Shown here: positions 12,386 to 25,999 of the stretch, in pieces | Numbering within the stretch: the stretch's first letter is position 1 | How the letters are laid out: each line of letters begins with the position of its first letter | Source: Octopus sinensis | Taxonomy: Eukaryota | NCBI RefSeq assembly: GCF_006345805.1 | Contig: NC_043009.1 | Span: 42,098,001-42,162,000, forward strand | Direction of reading: 5' to 3' | DNA length: 64,000 bases | Translations under genes and position numbers: made by a program | The notes under the pieces: model-generated | What the model was told of the DNA's origin: nothing | The model's database searches: none | Seen by the model: only the letters and a program-made list of their open reading frames with translations

Positions 12386-12604
12386 ATATATTCTCCCGTG
12401 TGTGAGCATCAAATTTTCAGTTAATCAAGTCCTACTCGCGTTGGATAGTTGCAAATAAAAATATTTGTCCACAGTTTTTGCATTATTTGCACTTCACGCT
12501 AAGATCGAACTGGGAACAACAATGTTGTGAAGCCATCTTGTTAACCTCTGAACATACACATATTTTTTTTTAATTTCCATGCAAAGAATACCATATTTTC
12601 TATC

Positions 12605-12990
12605 ATTACCTCTGCCTTCGCTAAGGCGGAGGTATTGTTTCAGTCGTGTTTGTTTCTTTGTTTGTCCGTGGACAAGATATTTCAAGAACCGCTTAATGGA
12701 TTCGAATGAAACTTTCAGGGATGTTTGGCCTCGTGACTGGCACGAACTCATTAGATTTTGGGATCGATTCGGTACCGGATAAGCATTCTAGATTATATTT
12801 CCTGTATTTTTATTTTTTTACTTAAATTTTGAGCGCGCTCGGGTTCATTTTTTTTTTTACTATTCTTGTTTGTGAGAGCAGTTGAGTTTATTTCAGATAT
12901 TCTCATTTTAAAAATCATCTCTGGCTAATCGTTGAGATGACGTTGGCGTTGCCTTGGCGGATGCTTGCGCTATCTGAGTACTCTCGTTTA
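12605..12990 (+). mobile_element. Helentron/DINE-like non-autonomous element (HINE)
   Basis: 5' hairpin acctctgcctt-cgct-aaggcggaggt, a tgttt micro-repeat, a ggattcgaatgaaactttcagg motif, and 3' subTIR ccttggcgga followed by a gcgctatctgagtac stem. This matches the established HINE layout. Confidence 0.65.
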
Positions 12991-13535
12991 TTTTAAATCT
13001 GTATATAAGAAAGAATAAGTATACAAAATATTTCGGATCAGTTATGATATATTATGAAGGTACTGATAGAAATAATAGTTACTGATAGTTATTGACAGAA
13101 AACGGAAATAACATCTTGAACGAAGTATTTCGGGTTAGGAATAAGTGACAGATACCTCAGAGTACACTGAACGTATATTTTCGTTCAAATATATATTTAC
13201 TAGACATCTTTGAATGAAAATATACGGGATAATATGTTGAGAGGTTAATCAAACCGAGAATTTAAACTTTAGCATCTTTAATTTATCGGTTTTTACAACT
13301 ACGCTACTGCGCGCTAAAATACAACCTTACACATATACATGCGCGTGCGTTCACACTCTCAGAGGGCATACAGAGATATACGTACACTTACATACACGCG
13401 AGCACACACTCATACACACAAACTCACACATATACATGAATATACATATATAAGATATATATATACATACTCATATATAAATATGTGCATATCTACATAT
13501 ACCGGACACGCATACATATACATGAACATACATGA

Positions 13536-13594
<59 letters not shown>

Positions 13595-13715
13595 CGTATA
13601 TATATATATGTTTGTGTGCGTATACACACACAAGCCCCTAAATAAGTATATGTATTTATATGTGTTTGTGTGTGTATACAAATATACAAATATACATATA
13701 TATACATAAATATAA

Positions 13716-13764
<49 letters not shown>

Positions 13765-14067
13765 ACCCTTTAATTTGTGTCTGTTAGATGTAAAACCTGT
13801 GAAGATTAACAGAATTCGTATTTTGACAAGAATACGTAAACTACAAACGAAATAAAGGAGAGAGAGAGAGGATGGGGAGAAGAATCAAATAAAATAGTTC
13901 TTTGTGGAAAGAAGCTTTACGATTACCAAAATAGTTGTGTCCGCAGACGAAGCATTTTGCTTTTACTTTTCATACCGTTTAATGATACTCACTGGAATGT
14001 TACAGTGTCATTGGAGAAGATAGTTTCGTTAAAGGTGAACACTGTGCTCATAACTTGTTAATGAATA

Positions 14068-14464
14068 TCTTTATATATAAAAGTAAGGTTGTGTGTCTGT
14101 CTCCTACGATTTAGATTCCTAACTACTCCCACATTTTGCGGTGCAGTTTAACCAAAACCGGGTATCTTATAGCCGTGATTCATATGGAGCCCTTCTGGGT
14201 ATTAGCGCGCGTCTGCGATGAGTCTACGATTTAAAAAATAATTTACCATCATTTTTTCCATTTTAATGCATTTTTTCGCTATTATATAAGGGAAGTAACT
14301 CTCTAAAAATGTCTACGATGAGTCAACGATTAAAAAAAAAATTACCGTCATTTTTTTTTTCCATTTTTAATGCATTTTTTTGCTATTTTTTGGCTATAAC
14401 TCTCTAAAAATGCTTTATAATTATTTCCCTTACAAATCCGAGCAACGCCGGGTGATACTGCTAG
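14068..14464 (+). mobile_element. Non-autonomous Helitron
   Basis: A|TCTTTATATATAAAA 5' end; 3' hairpin ccgagcaacgccggg then CTAG|T; no TSD; internal ~100-bp tandem duplication. Confidence 0.8.
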
Positions 14465-14639
14465 TACATATATATATGGGTTTTGATTTGGATAAAACAA
14501 TGAAGATGAATAAATCCTGCGTCAATACGTTGTTATAGGTGTTGTTGTTATTCTTCCTGTTCTTATTGTTGTTGTTTAACTTCAAGTCGCCTCCATTATG
14601 ACCAAATGCTTTTTGCGCGCGCGCACGTGTGTGTGTAAA

Positions 14640-14712
14640 AGGTGGAAAAGGATCACACGAGTTGAAGTTGATACTCACTTTCGACACTAACAGTGTATAT
14701 ACGTACATATAC

Positions 14713-14756
<44 letters not shown>

Positions 14757-14880
14757 TTGTGTGTGAGTGTTTAGATGGTAGAAAAAGAACACATGAGTTG
14801 AAGTTGATACTCACTTTCGACACTAACAATGTATATACGTATAGATATATATATGTATATGTATATATGTGTGTGTGATA
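14640..14880 (+). repeat. Local tandem duplication of a ~130-bp unit
   Basis: cac(a)(c/t)gagttgaagttgatactcactttcgacactaaca(g/a)tgtatatacgta occurs at ~14655 and ~14790. Confidence 0.8.
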
Positions 14881-15410
14881 TACGTACGCGTGTGTGTAAG
14901 CGTGCATGTTTGCTTGTATGTATGTATGTATACAGGTATGTAAGTATATCTATCATGCTGCTAATGTATACTTCGAGATCCATTGTTCCATTAAAAATAT
15001 GCGTATATATTTCTGTGTGTGTGTGCGTGTGTGTGTATACACACATATAATTCTAAATATAAAATTAGTGAACATCTAAGCATAAAAGAGGTGACCCTAA
15101 CAGGACACCTTACATGCTAGAAGGAATAGTCGAAGTCCAAATTATCATAAAGAGCAATTTCGAAGGGAATGGAAAATAAAAACATTTTCAATATTTTCCA
15201 CTTGTACCTAGGTTTCTAACAATAAATGAACAAATAAAATAATTTGTTATGCATGTTCTCATCAGCAAGGGTGCCAAAAATTAATATATAATTATGAGAC
15301 AAATAGCACAGGTCTCATCTTTATGCATTATAATTTTTCAAATCCACCGCGCAAGCGCAGTAATAGACGGAAGGAAATAAAAATGTCGACTTACTACAAA
15401 ACTTCTTTTC

Positions 15411-15446
<36 letters not shown>

Positions 15447-15570
15447 ATACATACATATATACATACATATATACATGCATAATATATACATGTATATACA
15501 TATATATATATATATACATATATTATATATATATATATAGTATGTATATATGTATATATCTATGTATGTA

Positions 15571-15642
<72 letters not shown>

Positions 15643-15660
15643 TTGAATATGTGTGTGTGT

Positions 15661-16041
15661 AGAAGGTAGAAAATGCAAACAATTTTATCATGAAGAACAT
15701 TTTAGTACCGGTTCTAGACTTTGCGACTTCATCAACTTAGAGTAAACCATGTAAAGCCATTAAAATGTGGGAAAATTAAATGAAATGTTTCTTAAAAAAT
15801 TTCCATAGTTTTCAAATGCAAGGGACATTTTTCCTCCTTTCTGTTTGTCTCTGTCTCTATTTTACTCTTGTGGGTCCTTGAAACGTGCATCTGAAAACTA
15901 TGGAAACATTTTAAAACAACATTTCATTTAATTTTTCCACAATTGTTTTACCATGATTTACTCAAAGTTGAAAACGTCGCAAAGACTGAAACCAGTACTA
16001 AAATGTTCACATCATAAAATTATTTTAGCATTTTCTACCTT
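15661..16041. mobile_element. Fold-back element (diverged ~160-bp inverted arms), each arm with a degenerate hammerhead-like motif; probable PLE pseudo-LTR relic
   Basis: aggtagaaaatgc...tttccatagttttcaaatgca pairs with tgcatctgaaaactatggaaa...gcattttctacct. The two-arm consensus is AG-TTGATGA-AGTC-gcaaa-GACT-GAAA-CCGG-TA-CT. It is flanked by (TA)/(TG)n. Confidence 0.7.
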
Positions 16042-16043
16042 GT

Positions 16044-16133
<90 letters not shown>

Positions 16134-17554
16134 TAGTGGCACAAATAACATGAGTATGCGTATAATACATCATGTCCAGTATACGAAAACACGTGATTGA
16201 TATAACGCAAATTATAAAGCAAAAATAAGCAATCAAAGACTTATACAGTGAAGATAAATAGACCCAGAGAAGAAAACAGGAGAAAATGAAGAATTTTTTA
16301 CTGAATTGAAATTTTTGAAATATATATACATGCATGGTGCTCGAGTTTATTTTGACAGACGATAGGCCGTGTTAATTTCTACATCATCCTTTTAATCTCT
16401 ATCACGTCTGTGTGCTTTGAAATGACTCTTTGCCACCATTTCTCGATCCCTGCAGAATTTCATAAAGAGACAAGGTGAACTAGATGGAATGAGACATCTG
16501 TTCGTCATTGGATTAAAGTGGTATAATTCTGTACGACACATATTCCATTCACAAAGTATCAGTAACAAGAATTCAATGACAAGTATTGCAAGATGGCTGG
16601 CAGTTATATCAACGGCAGGTTTGATTCCAGAGTACCTTCTCTGAGACATTTCCATCAGAAGGTACCGCCTACAAGTCAGCATGGATTTCAAGAAGGCATA
16701 TTTGCACATAACTAGATGATAGCTATAATTACATACCTGTATGTATACACACAATCCCACACATATCTATACGCATATTTTTAATGGAACAATGGATCTC
16801 GAAGTATATATTAATAGCATGATAGATATACATACATACCTCTGTACATACATGGGGTAGAAAGGGCTCCTTAGCCGTAGTGAAGGCAATCTATCTAGGG
16901 AGATAACCTCACAATAAATCACTCGGTCCGTAGCTTAGAAATACTGGGTTGACGTCCAGCGGGAACAGCTTTGTTTCATGGAGGAGGAAAGATCTTCTTT
17001 AGTATTTAGATGTACAATGCTTTCCAATGTGTGTAGTAGTGGCGCGCGCACACATTATTAGCCATTTGAAAAGACTATGAAAGTCTCGACCACGGTCGAA
17101 CAATGTACATACATATATACATAACGCCATTGACTCATTGAGTCCATCCTTACTTTTGCGGCCTTTATTTTTTTCATCCATCAAGGTATCTAAACATCAT
17201 TTTCTTCACCAAGCACGCACAGTAGGGTTACCAATTAAGGTGCGCACGACCCGACTATGTAATAATTCGTATTGGGTTACATGTTACGAGTAACACTGAT
17301 GGATCAAGAATGACCTGATGCACCTGAGATATCCATTCTCAGTTACATGCACGAATACCCACAAACACACATACTCACACACGCCCGTGCACCCGAATAT
17401 AGATAGATACATACATAAATACATACATACACATACTCCAAGGCTGTGAAAGTTTTCAGAGCATTTATAAAGACAAGGTCTATATATAAGTAACGCAGGT
17501 GAATAGCACCTGCGTTTGACTCCATTTCTTAATTTATATATATATATATATATA

Positions 17555-17928
17555 CTAGCAGTATCGCCCGGCGTTGCTCAGGTTTGTAAGGGAAATAACT
17601 ATAAAGCATTTTTAGAGAGTTATAGCCAAAAAATAGAAAAAAAATGATGGTAAATTTTTTTCCAGAGTTAAAAAAGGTGGAGTTGCGCCCCCTAGACGGT
17701 CTGTGGTTTGTGTTTCTGATTCTCGACCCCATGTCGAATTTATCGTTTTTTTTCAGAACTGGGGGAACTTTTCAAAATTTTCGCTGCGTCAGTTTTGAAT
17801 TATGACATTGGGCTATGTGTGTGTCAAGTTTCATCAGAATCGGTTGAAAGCCGTGGTCAGAGTGAGGGTACGAGAAAACAGACACACAGAAACACGCACA
17901 GACAAACTGCCGTTTATATAGAGAGAGA
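17555..17928 (-). mobile_element. Non-autonomous Helitron sharing its 3' end with 14068-14464
   Basis: The minus strand starts A|TCTCTCTATATAAACGGC and ends gagcaacgccgggcgatactgCTAG|T. Confidence 0.8.
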
Positions 17929-18859
17929 TATATACAATAGGCTACTTTCAGCTTCCGTCTACCAAATCGACTCACAAAGCTTTGGTTGGTCCGGTGTTAC
18001 AGTAGAGGATACTTGCCCAAGATACCACGCAGTACGACTGAAACCGAAACCATGTTGTTAGCAAGCAAACATTTTACCACACAACCATGCGTGCAATATA
18101 GGTATACTTTTATGTGTGTATGCGTGAGTGTGTGTGCGTGTATGTGAGTGAGTGAGTGAGGTGTGTGTGTGTGAGTGTGTGTGTGTATACATACATGGGT
18201 ATATATACTCACGCTTAAGTGAGAACATATCACTCTAATAACGGTTTCGAGCAAGATACAGCAGTGCACACATGTCTCTTGTTAGCCTTGTTAATAAAAT
18301 ACAATGACAGACAATGTGATTTATTGAGGTTTGAACTATATTATCGCTATTTCTTATCGCTGTGTTTTATCGCTGTTTGTTATCGCCGTGTCATTTAAGT
18401 GATTATCTGTTTAGCAATGTGTAAGACTGTGGCATACAAAGGCATCCAAGTACATCGCCGGAAAATGCTTACTAATTTGGGAGTCACAAAAAAAAAAGGT
18501 TAAATGAAATAGATTTGAAAATAAGATGTGAGAGAGGTGCATTTGGTATGTGATTTACTTCGCAGTTGCTGTTGTTGCTGCTGTTGTTGTCGGTTGTTGT
18601 TGATGTTGTTGTTGTACTTGTTTTTGTAGCTGTTGTCGTTGTTCTTTAGTAGGTGTAGTTTTTTGTTCTTGGTAGCAATGGTGATTACACTACTAGCCAC
18701 AGTCTACTACAAGAAACAAATCGCCTATGATGACGATGACGACGACCTTGAAGATGTTGAAGACGACGATGATGATGAATATAATGATGATACTGATGAT
18801 GACGATGATGATGGTGATCCCTCCTGAAGATGAAGATGTAGGTGGCAAGTTTTTCCCGT

Positions 18860-19050
18860 CTTCTGATAGAACGCTAACCACTATAAATTCTTTATTTTCT
18901 CTCTGTTTCTTTCTGTGTTCCTTTCTGTGGAAGAGCGTAGGCTCGAAACGTTAAAGGCTTTTTCACTACCCGAACGTTATACTAACACATCTGTCTGTTG
19001 TCTACATCACCTGTCTTCGTCTTTTGTTTTTTTGTTAATTCTCCCCCTAT
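18860..19050 (+). mobile_element. Short PLE pseudo-LTR-like element with a minimal hammerhead-like motif at 18921-18956
   Basis: CTTT-CTGTGGAA-GAGC-gtag-GCTC-GAAA-CG-TT-AAAG; ends at (TA)n; second copy at 53031-53220 (-). Confidence 0.65.
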
Positions 19051-19391
19051 ATATATAGACACACACTTATATATATATGCATTCATATGTGTGAGTGTGT
19101 GTAAATGTATGGATGTATGTATATATGCATGAATTTTTATAGGGGAAACGTTTACATGGCAGAGAAATGAAGTGTGAAAGAAGGGAATAAGCGAAGGTGT
19201 AAGAAGAAGAAGAATGGAATGGAAGTATGAAGTGTAGGGGTAATTGTACAGAAAAAAAACTAAGAGAAAAGGGAGCAAAAAACAAGAGACGATGAAGAGA
19301 TGATGGAGAAAGAAGAGAAAGAAAACGACCACGCTGACGTCGAAGACGACGGAAAAGGAGAGAAAAGACAGGCAACAACAACGTAAGCAAC

Positions 19392-19393
<2 letters not shown>

Positions 19394-19450
<57 letters not shown>

Positions 19451-19481
19451 GTAGTAGTAGTAGCAGCAGCAGCAGTAGTAA

Positions 19482-19518
<37 letters not shown>

Positions 19519-19592
19519 GGTGGTGGTGGTGGTGGTAGTAGTAGTAGTAGTAGTGGTGTTGGCGGTGGTGGTGGTGGTGGTGGTGGTGGTAA

Positions 19593-19630
<38 letters not shown>

Positions 19631-19665
19631 ATAGTAGCAGTAGTAGTAGTAGTAATAGGAGGAGG

Positions 19666-19703
<38 letters not shown>

Positions 19704-19705
19704 GA

Positions 19706-19736
<31 letters not shown>

Positions 19737-19870
19737 TGATGAAATTGATGCTGCTGCCACTGCTGCTGCTACTGATGATGATGATGATGGTGGTGATGGT
19801 GATGATCATGATGATGAAAATGATATCTCCTTGTTCATCATCGTCAACATCATCATCATTATCATCATCA
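19394..19870. repeat. Compound microsatellite (TAG)n/(TGG)n/(GAAA)n/(GAT)n
   Basis: Visible directly; it generates the spurious 309-aa ORF. Confidence 0.95.
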
Positions 19871-20416
19871 TCACTTTCTTCACCCGCTTCACCATCTTTT
19901 CTGCGTTTCACCTGTATATCAATATGTCTCCTAATATCCGTTTATATATGTGCATAGTTTTTTGTAAGGGTACGTGTACATATGAGTATGTGAGTATGTA
20001 TATATGTCGATTCAATAAGAGCATACAGTATACGTGTGTACAGGTACTGGTGTAAGCATATGTACTCGTATATATATACTAGTACGTGTAAGTAAATGTA
20101 TACGTTACATGGCGAAGTGTATGCGTGTGTATAGGTGTTCGTATATATGAGTATGTATATAAATGTGTACGTATATGTTTGAGCATGTATATGTGTGTAT
20201 ATGTATGGAATATGGAAGAGGAGACTGCAATAACACTTAATCATTAATGAGGTCTTCCGTAAGTGGTCTCTATATTCAAGTGAATAATAATGGCAGACGA
20301 CATCACCTCTTTCTCAACGTATCTTTCTCTGCGTCTCTCTGTCTGTCATTTATCTCCCCACATACATATATATATATATAATATATATTCTATATATAAT
20401 ATATATATATTATATA

Positions 20417-20454
<38 letters not shown>

Positions 20455-21398
20455 TATATAATGGTAGTGCCCCAGCATGGCCGCGGCCTTCGGGCTAAAA
20501 CATTTTTAAGGATTAAGGATACATATAGCGATAAACATTATGTAAGTGATCAGCATTTAAACTAAGCAAATATCTATAATGATAATGAGTCCAAAACCAC
20601 GTTAGCCACTAATTAGCGGATTTAATATGTATTCTAAATCAAACTTCACAATACTTCTTATGCAATATATCAGACGTATTAAGGAATTCAATAAACACTG
20701 ACGCAAAATTATATATTCAACAAAATGAATTATAGACATCAGGCTGAATAAGTAAATCTGTAAATCTCTCAAAGATAACATGCAATGATATATATATATA
20801 TATTATATATATATAATATATTATATATATATATATTATATATATATGTACTAATACGCTTGTATGCTTGTGTTTAGTGTATGTATAATTAGATATGCAT
20901 ACAGATATATACATACAATCATATATATATATTGTATATAATATTAATCTTACTAAGAAGAATGTGAACAACCTTATGGCTAATTCTTCGAAATCTACTT
21001 TGTATAGTATTTCAAAGGTTTGACTGAGAAAGTATTGAAAAGAAAAAAAAAATGAGCAGAAATGAAAAAAAAAACAACAAAGAAAACAAAAATGAATGAG
21101 AAAAAAATATTCTATATATCAGCATTTTTATAAAAAATTCTTTTATGCGGCATATTTGCTTATTCGCGTCACTTTCGTGTTTGTTTTCGTTGTCGTTGTT
21201 GCTGCTTCTGCTGCGGTTGTTGTTGTTGTTGCTGCTGTGGCTGATGATGATGATGATTATGATAGCGATAATGACGACGGCCAATTTTTTTTATTATTTG
21301 TCCTCTGCTCTGTTCTTTTCTAATGCAGAAACTGCGCGTTATGTGGTCATATTATATATATATATTATATATATATACATACCACACCATACATATAA

Positions 21399-21457
<59 letters not shown>

Positions 21458-22077
21458 GATAGATATATAGATAGATGATGGATACATATATTTATATGTA
21501 TACACATATATAATACATCCATATATATATATACACTCACATACATACATAGATATACAAATATACATATATATATGTGTGCGGGTGTGTGTGTGTGCAT
21601 GCATGTATGTATGCATTTATATATGTATGAGTGTGCGTGCCCGTTTGTATATGTTTATACAGGTATATACAATCAATACATATATATATTACGTATTGAT
21701 TGAGATTAGCTAGCAAGTAATATAATAGTATATACATACGTAACGTACATTGACAAAGGCAAGAAACATATAGAAGACTATCTTGTCTAATCAGTAAACC
21801 AAAGATACAAAGGAGATTACATGTGAAAAGTAATTAAGTTAAAAGAAACGGTGGCTTCCTGCATAACGAAAATGGCGTCTCGGTAAGACACAAATTTAAG
21901 CTAATTTTCATTTCTCTTAAATAGCTAACTTTTAATATTAATGAAGGCGCTCAATACATGCATACATGCGCGCGCACACTCACACACATACATACATGTT
22001 TTTTGATACACCACCCCCACACACACACACAAACATATATATGTATGTGTGTGTGCATATATATATGTATATGCATG

Positions 22078-22108
<31 letters not shown>

Positions 22109-22194
22109 ACATATATAATATATATGCACATAGATAGATAGATATAGATATAGACATGCATACAAACATATATATATATAATGTATGTATGCAC

Positions 22195-22233
<39 letters not shown>

Positions 22234-22239
22234 GTACGT

Positions 22240-22620
22240 TTATATATTTGTTGTGCAAGATTTTTTTATATGAAGTCGTGTGTTGATGAACAGATATTGT
22301 TATATTTTGGAATGGTCATTTTGCCAGTTTAGCCAATAAAACACACGCACTATATATTTTGTGTTATTTTGCTTCAGTGTTATTTATTTTTTGCATTAAT
22401 CTTAATCTTATTTCGGCCAGAGTTCTTTCGTCACACTCCTGTGACCGCACCAGTGGTCCTTTGTTTCTTCTTTCTTATTGTGTCTCTCTTTACTAACCGT
22501 CAGCCATTTTGTATTTCTATTGTTATGTCTTCATTTGCGCATGCTTATATCCCTATGTGCGTCTACCAAATATATAGTGCGTGTGTTTTTATTGGCTAAA
22601 CTGGCAAAATGACCATTCCG

Positions 22621-22626
<6 letters not shown>
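22240..22626 (-). mobile_element. Fold-back element (58-bp arms 22302-22360 / 22568-22626) with a degenerate hammerhead-like motif at 22415-22459 (-); probable PLE relic
   Basis: ggaatggtcattttgccagtttagccaataaaa pairs with ttttattggctaaactggcaaaatgaccattcc. The minus strand reads CCA-CTGGTGC-g-GTCAC-aggagt-GTGAC-GAAA-gaac-TC-TGG. Flanked by (TA)n. Confidence 0.6.
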
Positions 22627-22655
<29 letters not shown>

Positions 22656-22845
22656 TACACATGTATAGTGATTTCAAATTTTCGGCAGAAAGCCAGCAAT
22701 TTCGTGGGACGTGCTAAATCGATCACATCGAGCCCAGTGAGTAACTGGTATTCATTCTTTCGAACCCGAAAGAGGGAAAGGCAATGTCGACGTCGGCAGA
22801 AGTTGAACACATAACTTAAAGTCGAATGAAATGCCGCTAAGCAGT

Positions 22846-24182
22846 AGGCGTAGGAGTGGCTGTGTGGTAAGTAGCTTGCTTACGAACCACATGGTTCCGG
22901 GTTCAGTCCCACTGCGTGGCACCTTGGGTAAGTTTCTTCTACTATAGCCACGGGCCGATCAAAACCTTGTGAGTGGATTTGGTGGACGGAAACTGATAGA
23001 AGCCCATTGTATATATATGTATATATATATATGTGTGTGTGAGTGTGTGTGTGTGTGTGTGTGTGCGTGTGTGTGTATACATTTGTGTGTCTGTGTTTGT
23101 CCCCTCAACATCGCTTAACAACCAATGCTAGTGTGCGATCACGTCCCCGTAACATAGCGGTTCGGCAAAAGAGGCCGATAGAACAGGTACTAGGCTGACA
23201 AAAAAATAAGTCCTGAGGTCGATTCTCTCGACTAAATGCGGTGCTCCAGCATGGCCACAGTCAAATGACTGAAACATGTAAATGAGTAAAAGAAACATTT
23301 TGCGTGCTAAAGATACTGCAATCTCGCCTTCTTTAACTACGTGTACATTGACATGCATACACATAGATGTACTTTCTATGAAATGCCGCTAAGCAGTAGG
23401 CGTAGGAGTGGCTGTGTGGTAAGTACCTTGCTTACGAACCACATGGTTCCGGGTTCAGTCCCACTGCGTGGCACCTTGGGTAAGTTTCTTCTACTATAGC
23501 CACGGGCCGATCAAAGCCTTGTGAGTGGATTTGGTAGACGGAAACTGAAAGAAGCCCATTGTATATATATATATATGTGTGTGCTCGAACAAATGCTTCC
23601 GTACCAATCTATTATCTGCTGTTAAATATTCTTTTGACAGCAAACACGAAGTTTTGCGGCGAACCGTCTAAGCATGCGACATGTCTAGTTACTAGGACAC
23701 AAATATATACATAAATGCATACACCTGCACGTATATTTGTATATAAAATATATACATGCCGCAGGAGTGGCTGTGTGGTAAGTAGCTTGCTTACCAACCG
23801 CACGGTTCTGGGTTCAGTCCTGCTGCGTGGCACCTTGGGCAAGTGTCTTCTACTATAGCCTCGGGCCGACCAAAGCCTTGTGAGTGGATTTGGTAGACGG
23901 AAACTGAAAAGAAGCGTCGTATATATGTATATATATGTATGTATGTATGTGTGTGTGTATATGTTTGTGTGTCTGTGTTTGTCCCCCACCCCCACCCAAA
24001 TCGCTTGACAACCGATGCTGGTGTGTTCATGTCCCCGTAACTTAGCGGTTCGGCAAAAGAGATCGATAGAATAAGTACGAGGCTTACAAAGAATAAGTCC
24101 TGGGGTCGATTTGCTCGACTAAAGGCGGTGCTCCAGCATGGCCGCAGTTAAATGACTGAAACAAGTAAAAGAGTAAAAGAGT
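22846..24182 (+). mobile_element. Cluster of SINE family A copies (22846-23295 full, 23397-23570 head, 23759-24182 full)
   Basis: Family A head and tail motifs. The first two share an identical upstream flank, atgaaatgccgctaagcagtaggcgt. Confidence 0.85.
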
Positions 24183-24938
24183 ACATGTAATATTGTACGA
24201 CGGATGAGTATTCCGTAATTTTTTGATAGATAATTACACAGAAGACGAACAACTAATACATATATATGCATATATAAATGTGTGTGTGTGTGTGGTGTGT
24301 GTGTGTGTAGGTGTGCATGTGTATGTGTGTGTGTGCATTACACTGTCTGTGTACTTGTCCTCCACCACCGCTTAACAACCAATGCTGGTGTGTTTACGTC
24401 CCCGTAACTTAGCAGTTCGGCAAATGGGAATGTACTAAGCCTAGTACATAGAATGTACTAAGCTTAAAAAAAAGTGCTGGGGTCGATAATTCATTCGACT
24501 AAAAGTTCTTTAAGGCGGTAACTAAAACATTTATGAAGGAAATAAAGAGTAAAAAGATATGTGTGTGAGTACATACATATATACGGACATATATACACAT
24601 GCGTGTGTATATATATATATATATATACGCGCGCGCATACATACACACACAAAAAGGAGAAAGAAATCTTTCTCTATGCATATTTGCGTATTTGAGTATG
24701 AACACAATGACGATTTCAACGGACTTTGAACAAGAAACCCGAAGTCAGTTGTAAAGTATTTAAAAAGCCCAAACAATAAGTAATCCGAGCAAAACAGCAA
24801 AACCATGGATTCACGCACGTATAAATATATGTATGCATATATAAGCATAGAAACAAACAAACAAACACACACACACACACACACGTACGCACACAAAAGA
24901 CACTCACACAAATATATATATATATATTATATATATAT

Positions 24939-24972
<34 letters not shown>

Positions 24973-25596
24973 ATATACATGGAACAGAGCAAGGAAATGC
25001 ACACGTCCCGTTTTCCTTAATCCAAGCAATGTCACTTAAGTCCTTCAACCAAATAACCTAGATCAACTTAAAAAGACACCACACCTTATATTCTTCAGCA
25101 TATCGTGAGATAAAGAACAAGCTAGACAGTTCTCAAGTCCTGAATAGAAAGAAGATAATAAAATACATACATCGATTCTTTAGTGTAAAGTATTTATTTT
25201 ACTTCGTGATTGAAAAGGACAATTCTTATTATTTTGTAATAGTCAAAGCCGTTTATCGTGACAAAAGCTGAAGGCTTTAGAATTGGGAAAATGTCGCGGC
25301 ATATATGTATACATACATATATACATACATACAAATATACATGTGTATCATATATAGGTGTGTGTGCGCTTTTGCACGCGTGTGTTTGTCTAGATAGATA
25401 AATGTCTTTATTACCCAAAGGGGGCTAAACATAGAGGAGACAAACAAGGACAGACAAAGGGATTAACTTGATTACAGCGACCCCAGTGCATAACTGGTAC
25501 TTATTTAATCGACCCCGAAAGTCTAAAAGGCAAAGTCGACCTCGGCGAAATAGATACATACAAGCATACACTTAAAAGTGAATATACTTACACACC

Positions 25597-25666
<70 letters not shown>

Positions 25667-25941
25667 TAGAAGGTTTGGAGGTGATGTACAGATATTGTAT
25701 ATTAGAAAAAAATAAGGTACTCAGAAATCAGGATGGTTGTACATTTACAGATTTTTATTAATATGTCACATGATTTTTAAATCATACATTAGCGCTTGCA
25801 TCTACTCTAATATCAAATCTGAAGAATCTACTAGAGTAGATGCAAGCGCTAATACACGATTTATAAAAACATGTGACATATTAAAAAAAATCTGTAAATG
25901 TACAACCATCCAGATTTCTGAGTAATTTATTTATTCTAATA
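25667..25941. mobile_element. Fold-back element (110-bp arms 25700-25809 / 25832-25941) with a hammerhead-like motif at the fold (25817-25853); probable PLE relic
   Basis: The arms are reverse complements. The motif reads CTGAAGA-ATCTAC-taga-GTAGAT-GCAA-GCGC-TA. (TA)n lies on both sides. Confidence 0.7.
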
Positions 25942-25964
25942 TATATATATATATACAGGGAGAA

Positions 25965-25999
<35 letters not shown>

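Noticed and set aside
16855-17000. RTE-like 5' UTR / HDV-like ribozyme candidate (also 62600-62800)
   Set aside because: It only loosely resembles RTE 5' ends, and I could not build the nested double pseudoknot by eye.
18982-19911. 309-aa ORF (longest in the track) and overlapping poly-L/poly-V ORFs
   Set aside because: These are translations of (TAG)/(TGG)/(GAAA)/(GAT) microsatellites with no domain content.
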